Origin: Selaginella moellendorffii
Taxonomy: Eukaryota > Plantae > Lycopodiophyta
Direction: 5' to 3'
NCBI RefSeq assembly: GCF_000143415.4
Contig: NW_003314356.1
Location: 310,001-374,000, forward strand
DNA: 64,000 nt
Shown here: positions 49,248 through 60,129 of the stretch, one piece after another
How the letters are laid out: each line of letters opens with the position of its first letter
Numbering within the stretch: position 1 is the stretch's first letter
Program-made: the position numbers and the translations under genes
Notes under the pieces: model-generated
Databases searched by the model: none
What the model was told of the DNA's origin: nothing
What the model saw: only the letters and a program-made list of their open reading frames with translations

Positions 49248-52200
49248 TCAGACTGTTATTTTTTGCCTCCAACGCCTATACAATAATCTTGGAATTTCAT
49301 CACTCTCCACACTATCAGGATTTAAACCCAATAGTAATGCCATCTCTTCTTTAATACGTCCACGCTCATGTTCAGTGGTCGAAGAACCCATCCGGTTGAG
49401 CAGATTATGGAGATGCGGATAGTGCTTGGCTAGACAATATACATGCCATAAATGATGACTGGTGTCTGTCCGATCAAATGGCTTCTGATATACCGTTCCA
49501 TCTGCCATTTGGTTGATTTCTGCAGCCACCTCCTGGACTGGCCCGTTCTCTATCACCATCGCTCCAAGCCGTTTTGCAAGGTCCCCCAGAACATACGGTT
49601 TCTTCTCCTTAGTTTCCATACTGCAAGAGATGGGGTGCACTGCATATGTGTGCGTGTTCGCTGCAGTTTTAATCGGCGAGTCATCGATGATGAGGATTTC
49701 ACTTGACCTAGCAGTCCGGTTCATCACTACAGCCTCTGGCTTGACGAAGATGGGCTTGCTACCCCTCACATGGACCATAGTCAAGCAATCCTCCTGCGTT
49801 AGGAGAAAGTCAAATGGTAATATTACTCGCGTCTGATCGTGCATCATCTATAGCAACGTTAATGCATTGTGGCGCATCATGGATATCCAAACTCCCAATT
49901 GCAAATTGAACCCGGCCCTCTGTTTTAAGTGTTGCATGGTCATTATTAGATCCCGCAGTTTCTCCCGTGTGATTAATGTGAATCTGTCTCTTTTGACCAA
50001 CTTGCGACTGCAGGCTTTGGAGGGTGCAGTGACATTCGAGGACGAGCCACGCTCATGGGAGAAAAGGACACCGTTCAGATCAAAAACGATACAGTACCTT
50101 CGCCGTGACTCTGAAATGAAATGTGTCAGCATAAAAAATGGTACAAGTCAATTTTACCATTTACAATATTAGCGAATGGTGCTCCCGATGGTCATTGAGA
50201 GGGTTTTGGTCGAGGAAACGTGAAGGGCGGAAATACTCTCCTCTGCAATGTGGGGTCAATCGCATCCAATGGCGTGTGGGCACATGCCATTTCAGCTGTA
50301 GACTCTGGTACAACTGGCTCAACAGTGGCATGGGGTGGTTCCGATGGCGTGTGATCACACGCCATTTCAGCTGGTGCCTCCGTTGGCAAAGTGGACATGA
50401 CCGAACAGGCAGCAGGGGCGGTGTAGGGAGGTTCGTAGTCAGACGATTGGGCACACGTTGAGTCCGTTGGAAATGAGGATACGACCGGCTCGGCGGCTGG
50501 GGCGGCCTCATGCGGGTCCAATGGCGCCTGGTCACCGTCAGTTGGATACGTGGACAAGATTGACTCAGTGGTATGGGCAGCATCAAGTGGAGCGTGGTCA
50601 GCTTGCTTGGCATTGATATGGATAGTAGCCTCCACCAGCTCTGATGACTCTTGCAGGCAAGTAGAGTCCATTGGCGGATCCATATGCATGTCTAAATATC
50701 TCCCTTCGATTGAGATGGTATCCTCCCTACTGGCTACTAAAAACAAACTCATTAGCACATTGAATCGACTATATTGTATTTACCATCAACTGCTATTGAG
50801 GAACTAGGACCGATATCACTTGGGCGCACTGCTGATTCTGAAGGATTGGACATACGTTTCGACCCTTGCTTGGCACTATCCTTCCTCGACACTAAAGGCT
50901 AGAGTTTGTATCTTAATTCAACTGAATAATCTCTACTTACCATTTGCTCTGCGACCTACATGGACAATGTTAGAAATGGTAAAAGGTTAGGAATGGATGT
51001 ACTATTATTTACCTGATGGTTTGTCTTGTATGACCTTCCTCCACTGCTCTTTGGCCACCTCAGGCTGGCCATCGTCGTCATCATCGTCGTCGTCGTTATT
51101 GTGATTGTCACCATTGTGAGGACCATCCAAGTCCTCTTCGTCCTCCTCTTCTTCGTCCTCCTCTTCTTTGTCCTCCTCTTCGTCCTTCTGCTCTTCCTGC
51201 TCATTATCTTTCTTTGGCTCCTCATCCCCCTCCTGCATTTCTTCCATAGGCTGCTTAGGCTGGATGGCTTGTTCTTCCAGGACCATCTTGGGAAAATCAT
51301 CTGGCCGAGTCTCCATCTCAAAATACAAGACATCCATAGCCTGTTTTAGTGCGTGATCTAGGACCGTATCCTCACCCGACTGTCTTAACATGGTTTCTGC
51401 ACGTTCTTGCACCCTTCGAAGACGACGAGATGAGAAAAACGTGGCCCTGACTTGAAAAGCATCCCTCATCCATTATACCTCTCCATTGAAATTGGGGAAG
51501 GGGAGTCCGCCATAGAAATCTGAGTCAGGAGGTGGTGACTGGCTGCTTTCACTCAGCCCTTGATCTGCAATGAATGGCATGAGCACACACGCCATAACCG
51601 CGAGGCATTACCTATCATCTTTTTGTTGCCCTTCTTCCTTTTTGAATCAAACGCCTCTGATCCCGACGACTGTCCAACGTGCTTTCGCTTTTTATGACCA
51701 CTGTCAGTTTGAGCTTGGCTGGTGCTTGCCTGTTTTGCCTTTGAAGAAGTGTCTCCTGCAAGGAATGGCATGAGACCACACGCCATTGCAAATATAATTT
51801 GTACCTCCTTTTTTCCTATTGCTTGTCTGTTTGTCCTTCTTCGACGCGCCACCAGTGCGCTTTTCAGTCCTCGTGTCTGAATATTCACAACGATCTATAA
51901 TCAAAATGGTGTGAGGCCTCACGTGACCTTACCTTGTGCAGGTTGTGAGCTCGACCCAACATGGGTATCTTCAATAGTAGCTGTTAATGCCGTTTCAGCA
52001 TATGGGGGTGGCTACACTCCTGCATACAGAGCTTGTGAGATAACATTTAAACTTAAAGTGCGTACTCACCAGGTTCGCAGAGAAGATACTGTTTTTCTTT
52101 GGCAACTGTAATTATATGCTCCATTGAAGTCACCTCTTCAATGGAGTTTGTCACCGCAACACACGGGACACCCTTGAGTAGTGCGGCTCGAAAGAATAGT

Positions 52201-54626
52201 CCGCCGCAGTTGTACTCGACAACGCATTTGCCCTTGGAGTCGGAAGCAGGTGACCCACCCGCTATTGTGTTGAAGACCCAGCTGAGCATTTCCCATGCTG
52301 CACCTGGAGCTTTCTTTGGATTCGAAAGCTCCATAGCCGTCTTCAGTTCCTCAGGCACGGGTAAATTGACCTCCCTTAGATCAATTCGATTGGCCTTGTC
52401 GAACGAAGCTGGGAAGTCACTCCAGTCCCACTCTGCTGCAGGACCAATAACAAGGGCGAGTCTGAAGATGCGGACATCCGTCGGTATCTTCTTCTTAGCC
52501 ATTATCCCATGGATCTCCCGCATCTCCTTGCCTTTCAACCGAGCCTTCACCTCGTTCAAGGCCTTCCAGAACTTGTGATAGGATTCGGAGTCGTAGATCA
52601 TATAGTGGACTGAAGATTCCACCTCCGCAAGTCCCACCATTAAGTCAATGATGGAGCTGACTTCGTCTGCATGAGTGATCTCCTCGTTTGTGAAGTCCAT
52701 CACACAAAAGATGTTTTTGACCTGCTCATCTCCGCGGGAAACGATGCTCCTCCACCTTTGATCCTCATCCGAATTCACGTATACCCGGTAAGGTTCTCGA
52801 TAGGCCTTTGCTGCGGGGTCGAGCTGTTTCTGAAGCCGGCGGTCGACATCCCTCTTAATGAAATTTGGATACTGATCCAACTTCTCAGCTTTACTTTTCG
52901 TGGCATCCCGCAGCAGATCGATGAACTTGGGGGCCCCCTTCACGTACTTGTCGATGTCTTCATTTGACAACTCCAACTCTTCCATCATCTCTTGCGTGGT
53001 GTCGATGCTCACCCTCTCCACGGCCACTTGCTCGAAGATCCAATCCTTCAATAGCGCACAAGCTCTCAGAGTCGTGCACAAGTCCTCGTATGTCACAATA
53101 TGGCCGGGAGTCATTTTGGTTTTGTTGAAGACTACCTCACCACGTAGAAGAGCATTAGCCACTGTCAGAAGGTCGTCGTCGTCTAGAGACCGCGAGAAAC
53201 GCAAGGCGTTGAGCTTCAAATCATTGGGCTTCCGGCCGTCCTCCACACCCATTGAGTTTAGCAACTCCCCGTCATAGTACCTCCTCAGCACATCTACCCA
53301 TTTGTCAAAAACAACTTTTGTCGCGAGTAGAATGTTATGGATGCTGAGTGTGTTATTGACCCCCAGTGTTTTCGAGAGAAGACTCGAGAATTCCTGCAAT
53401 GGAAATGGCGTGAGGCCACATGCTATGCCACATGCAACGAGGCTTACCTGCTAGGCGCTAGTTGCTAGTGCACGTCCTTGTCCTGGTTTTTGTGGCTTCT
53501 TCAGTTGAACCCAGAGCTTCTGTATTCGTGCCAATGTCTCGTGCAGACCCGATTTATAGCACGTTTCTTGCTTGACATTCTGCGCGTGGGAGATGTATAT
53601 GATAGATCGGAGGGGCGAGTTGCCTTTTATCAGGCGGACAACTCTTGTCTTGAAGACTTTCTTCACCTCCTCGCCCACCATAATATCCACAACTATCTGT
53701 TGCATCGCCAAGCTAGAATGCTGCCCGGAGACGGCATAGAACCGGATGTTCTGATCGTCCAACACCTTCCTATTGATCAAGTCTGGAAACCTCGTCTCAC
53801 CCTTCATTGTTCAGTAGTAGGGGATCACGTCTGCGATGTCGGGTGTTACTGGACTTGCCAGCATCTTCTGCTTCAGTTTCTCCACCCACTCATCAGATAC
53901 TAGAATGTGGTTGTATTTGGTTTGGATGTCGATACGGCTCACGTCGATTGTATATACTTTGTTGGAATAGTAACAAGTACTATTATCTGCGACGATTTTT
54001 GCTGCCTCTTCTTGCTCTTTCTGCTCTTTGCGGCTCTTCTTTTTGGTGGGTGTAGTGTTCGAAACCGAGGCAATGGCATCACCGAATAGCTTCTTTTTTG
54101 GAGCAGGAGAGTTGGACGTCGGCTTGAGCTTGACCACCCTTTTCTGCTTCGGGGTAGTTTCCAGATCGACCCCCTTCCCCTTCGCTTCGCGAACTGGAGG
54201 CACTCTCAACGGCTCAATGTTGGAATATAGTTTTTGAACATTGCCGTAGGTGAAGTTCGTGGATTCCATATAATCTTCATAGACCCGCAGCATCTTTGAA
54301 ATTGTGGACCTCCTAGACAACCTTTCCTTAGCTCCCTCTAGGAATTCCTCATAGCTACTGCCCCCCTCCGGGAAGCCGCTAGGATGTGCAAGGTGGATCT
54401 TGAAGGCGGACGCTGTCTCTACCACAAGTGCCAGTCCATATTCTTGCATGGAACTGCATGGAGTGTCTATCACTTGGATGAGGATCCCCATGCATTTTTT
54501 TCTCCCACCATCTGTGTTGTACAGCCTCAGATCCTCGCCTTCCATCCCGAAAGTCCAACTGGTGAGCTCCTCCCCCTTCTCTGCATCCACATTGACAGTG
54601 GCTGGAAGAAGAACGCAATTCCTCGC
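49248..54626 (-). pseudogene. Accessory gene: unknown N-terminus, ParB/Srx-like domain, helical region, degenerate beta-class DNA MTase-like domain, acidic linkers, FCP1-like HAD domain (5' end not resolved)
   Basis: In-phase GT-AG introns at 53394-53447, 52020-52069, 51895-51932, 51756-51804, 51565-51611, 50956-51012, 50892-50940, 50737-50783 and 50111-50157 link all ORFs into one frame. Six premature stops (53811, 53451, ~52012, 51473, 50192, 49848), each explicable by a single transition. Confidence 0.8.
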
Positions 54627-55613
54627 CTGTTCAGAAATGCACAACAATTAGAGCTGACAGATGAAAAGCTAGCAGCTGGAAATAACGTGAGGCCACACGC
54701 CATTCACCACTGCATCAGATGTCTTGTGGCTGCATCCTAAGATGGCGTGAGGCTACACGCCATCTGTAACCGGACTGCACTCGAGAGCCCAATCGGTGCA
54801 TGCCAATGTTGCTACTGAATGGCATGTGGCCTCATGCCATTTTTTACTTGGCCTAAAAGACTTACCATTTGAAGCCGAATGGAGGCGTGACAATCGAGGC
54901 CGGACTCGCTGGCGAATGTGCACTGTTTGTGCAGCGGATCGTAGCAGCAAGGCTACTCTGCCACTTACAGTTGGAGAGTGGCGCTGAAATCTCCCGGGAC
55001 GCCAAGTGGGCTGCGTGTGGGTGGCGGAGTGGGCGGCGGAGTTGGCAGCGAAGTTACAAACTGGGTGTGTCTTGAAGTGGACGCCGATGCACACGAGCGC
55101 GATGCGAGCGCGAGTGTGATGCAAGCGTGAGTGGACGCCGATGCACACGAGAAACCTGTAGAGAAGGTAGATGAGCGGGAATGTGAGCGTGATCGCGAGT
55201 GGGAGCGCGATGCGAGTGCGAGTACGATGCAAAACCTAACCTCACACGCGCGAAATGTCACGACGGTTGGTAATCCCGCAACGTCATCATTCCTCGGACT
55301 TGGGCGCCACCATTAATTTCTGGATCGCCGCGCGCATGCATGCACGTGAAATCCAAAAGAAATCCGCAACGTCATCATTCCTCGGACTGCATGCACGCGA
55401 AATCCAATAGAAAGATCATGATTGGGATATCATTTAATACCCTCGCTATATTTATACCATGCATGATTGGATATTCCAAAGCATCTTGTATTTCCAAAAA
55501 TGCCAGATGTTCAGCTAAATAAAGAATGGTATACAATGTCCTTCTTGATGACCTTGCAAAGAAGGATTTTGCATCAAGTTCTGTATTTGCATGTTTATCA
55601 AGCTCCTGAATTG

Positions 55614-55633
55614 CTAAACCCTAAACCCTAAAC
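55614..55633 (+). repeat. Short plant telomere-type tract (TAAACCC) x ~3 / telo-box
   Basis: CTAAACCCTAAACCCTAAAC in the intergenic region of the transposon. Confidence 0.6.
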
Positions 55634-56849
55634 ATTTGGCAAATGGTGCGTGAAGAAAGATGCCCTTTCTGGGCAAATGCTGTAAGAAGCAGATGCCGAG
55701 CAGATGTATCTCAGGCTAGCGAAGGGGACAAACGAAAGCTAGCTATAAACATGACAGGATGCAAATAGTTTACTAGGCTGGTCCTGCGAAAATCAAAAAC
55801 CATAATTGAAAACATTGAAAATGCAAAAAGAAAGGTTTATAATATTTTTGAATTTTAAGCAACCAAAGGAATGTAAGTAGGGCATGTGTTTGTAAGTTTA
55901 AAAATGCCTCAACCACTTAAATTCCCAAGTAAATAAAGCTGTTTCTATTTTTGGTATAGGTAAACTTTATAGCGTGTGGGCTCATGCAATTTTGAACCCA
56001 AAAATGCACCAAAAAATGCTCGACTAGCATTATTCTTTGAATGGCGTGTGGCCTTATATTGCCATAAATGGCCGTACACACACAGCATAATTATTCCTTT
56101 ATACGGCGAATAATCTTGGCGCGGATCGCTGACATGGCATGGCAAAGTTCGAATCACTGACATGGCACAGCTGGATCGAGGCAAGGACATGATGTGACAA
56201 AGTTCAACGTTCGACAGCAAAGTCTAGAAGCTACTCAGTTTGAAATTTGTCAGAGGAATCATAAGATCTGGTTTGTCAGAGGATTTGATGTGACGTTCAA
56301 GCGTGTGTTATTTTTGAATTCTCAAACTCATTCCTAGGTCTATCATTTTTGTGCGCCGTGTTCTTGGTTCTGCTGAGCACAGTGAGCGCTGCTTGTGTAA
56401 GCGGCGTTGTGAGCTGTGGTTTATGCGTCTACGAGCGGTTGCGGCATTGCGAGTGCCATTGCGAGCGGCAGTTTATGCGAGTGGCAGTTTGTGCGAGCGG
56501 CGCTACGAGCAGTTGCGGTGTTGCGAGCGGCGCTACGAGTAGTTGCGGTGTTGCGAGCGGCACTGTCTTTGGTGTGGCTACCGCTTCCTCTTGATATTCG
56601 GCACTTGTGCTTCCTGGTATGTTCACCATGGAATGGCTGAGGACCACATTTAGAAATGGCATGAGGCCACATGCCATCTTGGGCCCTTGCAATTTCATGG
56701 CTAGCGTATTGTCATGTATGTTTTTACTTGCCTGCAGCTGTGTGTATATCAAGATGGCATGAGGCCTCATGCCATCTTTGGCCCCTGCTAGCCTATTGCC
56801 ATATTCCTTTTGCCTTGCTACAACTGTATATATTTTTGTATGGGTGACT

Positions 56850-58521
56850 AGTCACGCACACAAGGCAATCTCTTCATCCATGCAGCTGCCTGTGTCTCTG
56901 TTTGGTATAATCGCTCATGGGCATGGTGCCCAGAAATATGGGAACTTCTTTGTACCTCTATGGGGTGGCGGGGGTGCAAACATGATGATTGCGTCCCTAG
57001 CAAAACACTTAAGGTCTATGCAAAGTGCGCAGACTAAGCTGAACGGCCAACCCTTGCATAAGGCCCTTGTCGATCGAACCCCATACAAGGTTCAGCTGGA
57101 TGAGGAGCAAAGGCTTGCAGTATCGCGTGGGGCCCCATGCCATCCCAGTGAATATGTTGGCCGTCAGATTGTAGGGTTATCACGTGAGGCCTCATGCCAT
57201 TCCGACGAGGTTGGTCGCCCGGTGAATGCACAGCCTCATCCAAACGAAGCAGAATCTCAAGGAAGTTCTTGCGGCCGATGTGGCCTTCCACCCCATCTTC
57301 TGCTCCAAACAGACAATGCTGGCAGTGAGAACAAAAACATGTACGTCTTTGCGTACTTGGCGATACTTGTTGCCAAAGGCATATTTGAAACGGTTACACT
57401 TGGCTTTCTCATGGTTGGGCACACTCATGAAGACGTCGATGCCATGTTCAGTCACCTGGCAGAGTCCCTCCGGCGATCCAATGTCCTCACCCTCCCACAA
57501 CTCTACGATGAATTCCAAAATTGCATCAAAGGCACTGTTGAAGTTGCACTTGTGATAGAGGTTCTAGACTTTAAGGGGTTTGTAAGAGGCTACATCAGGG
57601 ACGGATCTGAAACGCTAATTGGCCACTCCAAGCCTCTTTAGTTTCATTTCAGCATGCGTGACGGTGCTCCAGTGATGAGGTACAAGATGAGAGAATGGGA
57701 CACAGTGTGGCTGCCAGTGGACGGCATTGAACTCTTCAAGAGAGATCCCATAACTGGGGAACCTATGATTCCTCAGGGTTCCCCACGGCCGATGCACCCG
57801 GATGGACTCAAAGACCAGGAAAGTATAGTGGCCGGGATTAGACAGCATATTGCCTTCTGGAAGAGGGGGTTGGTGTTTGGTGGAGAATCCTATTTTCAGA
57901 GGTGCAAGCCTTTGCTCGAATACTGGGAGAAGATTATATCTGCTATCCAAAATGGGCCGGTTGTATATGAAGAATTGGAAGAGTCCTTTTGGCCAGAACC
58001 CAGAGCACCAGATAGTAGCGGAACAACGTCCTCTGGAAATGCAGTGATAGATAACGATGTTGAGGATCACTATTGTGGGCCGAGGAACAAGAAGCCGGAT
58101 TCAGCATTCAATCCAGTACAGGTCTGCAAAGGAATGGTCGTGCTTGTCAGACCCAGTAATAAAAAACAAATGATATGGGTGGGGCGCTGCATCACTGATG
58201 CAGAGGAGGACGCGGAAACTAACTCCTTCAATGTAACTGTGGAGTGGTTCAAGCCAAGTTCCGGATATATGAAGGATTGCCTAGAAAAGAGATGGGTGCT
58301 GAATCCAAGGGATCCCAGCATGAGCATATCGGTGGATAATGTTGTGCATGGTTGGATGCGGAAGCAGAGTGCCACCATCACCTTGCCAGACCATGCAAGA
58401 GATGCAGCAAGAGCATTCATAACCCGGGTTCAAGGTGAGATTTATTAATATTCCTTTACTAAGTTTCTAATGTATTTTATTTCAAGGTGAACAATCCGAA
58501 TCTGAATCAGAGGAGGCGTGA
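56850..58521 (+). pseudogene. Sola1-like DDD transposase, N-terminal part apparently missing, one internal stop
   Basis: QLPVSLFGIIAHGHG; LLLQTDNAGSENKN; FLMVGHTHEDVDAMFS; GHSKPL*FHF (TAG 57639-57641); intron 58435-58486; final stop 58519-58521. Confidence 0.78.
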
Positions 58522-60129
58522 TGGCATGTGGCCTTACGCCATTCCTAGGTGAGATGATACAAATAACAAGTATAAATTCTTAGTTGTTCTAGCAAATCTT
58601 ACTTAAAGTTCAAGGTGAACAAGCCGAATATGAATTCATCGGATTGTTATAACAAATTGCGAGGTGATGGCATGAGGCAATACACCATTTGAGAGTGGTA
58701 GCCATTCCTATATGAGGTGAGTGAAATATTTATTAGAAATACCTCATTCAATTGTGCACTTCTAAGTCTTGGTCCACTCAGTACTATTTGCATGTTTTTA
58801 TTTTAATTCTTTCTCTAAAATGTTATTTAGCATGTGGCTTCATGCCATTGCTCTCCACAATCATGCATTGAATTTTTCTATCCTTGCATAATACTTCTCC
58901 ATATATATAGCATGTGCGCACATGTGATATGGTTCATTAGGCCTGATATAGTGTGTGAGGTAAAACAAAGATGATGTGACATATGCATTTACCAATCACA
59001 CGTGCATAAATCTAATAATATGGCGTGTGGCCCATATTAATGGCACATAAACCCATATTGTGGGCTTACGTGCTTTATGTACCATCATTCCCTTGCAGCG
59101 TGTGTGTTGGTTTCCTTTTATAACACAACAAACTCCATATTTTAGGGTGAAGAGTGTTCTCATGGCAAGCACAAAATCTGTAAGTGAGGCAGAAAAGGAG
59201 ACGGAGAAGGAGATAGGTGAAGATGTAGAATATATTAGTCTTCCAAACTCCCCGTACTATACTCCAGGTGATCATTTTTCTGAACAAACGGCAATATTAA
59301 CAACTATCGAGAATGCCCCAGTAACGTCAGAGACAACAATCCAAAGCAAAACAACTGACCCGGAGAAGGATGATAGTACCGCTGAGAGTACCAAAAAGGA
59401 GGTGTCCACTAGCGCTTAGGCTTATAATGGCGTGTGCCCTCATGCCATTTACTTGATCACCAAATACCTTTTTCCCTTTGCACTAGTATATCTTAATACC
59501 GGTCTGAGAAATAGAATGGCATGTGCCCTCAGACCTTTTACTAAATCACCTTTGAAAGAAATGCAAGCCTCTATGTCGTAAAAAAAAGGTACTAGAGAAA
59601 TTCCTTAATAATATGAATGTTATTTAGTTTCATGAAAATACACTAAGGGTCAAATGAGTTAAATGACTTCTCCAGACTAGCAATGCCTCTTGCTACACCT
59701 TCACAATTAGATTCGTTAGAAAAAGATAACATTGAATAATATCTAAATGTTCTCACCATTAAGTTATATGTCTGGCTAATAGGAATGACGTTCATCTTGG
59801 AAAGCTCACCACACGCTCAATGAACAAACAAATAGTGTGTGCGCGCATGCCATCGCTCTTCTTTAGCTTCAGATTCGGCTTGTTCACCTTGACAATGAGA
59901 TTTATTATACAACCAGATGGACTTAGTCTGGACACAAAGTCACCGCGCTAGTCACTATGCCCCAGATATGTCTAGCCCCTGGACAAGAAACATAAAATTT
60001 CACGTCATTTTCAAATACTTGAAAATTTGTACCTAGTCCCATTTTACTGAATAAATCCCACTTTAACGAAATAGAGCTTATAATGCAAAACGGAGCTAAA
60101 TAGAGTCTAGCACTATTTCAGTATATGAG

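Larger units (their letters stand above)
49192..59853. repeat. Dispersed 22-bp palindrome family, consensus ATGGCRTGWGGCCWCAYGCCAT (about 22 copies)
   Basis: Starts at 49192, 50269, 50344, 51574, 51765, 51906, 53405, 54682, 54742, 54819, 56041, 56656, 56754, 57122, 57179, 58521, 58667, 58827, 59020, 59427, 59516 and 59832 (some degenerate); also 1387, 2505 and 2580 in copy 1. Confidence 0.92.
48806..60079. mobile_element. 11.3-kb TIR DNA transposon, Sola1-like, carrying an accessory multidomain gene
   Basis: TIRs 48806-48829 and 60056-60079 (23/24 match); TSD ATAA (48802-48805 and 60080-60083). The joined flanks match an uninterrupted homologous repeat at about 25270-25345 (minus). Confidence 0.92.

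Noticed and set aside
52053-53399. Active DNA methyltransferase
   Set aside because: No (D/N/S)PP(Y/F) or FxGxG motif; at most a degenerate fold, and this copy carries stops.
55614-55633. Telomere or chromosome end
   Set aside because: About three units only, internal to a transposon.
49192-59853. Palindrome series as a CRISPR array
   Set aside because: Spacing is irregular (tens of bases to more than 1 kb), copies are degenerate and lie in introns and exons, there are no cas genes, and the context is eukaryotic.
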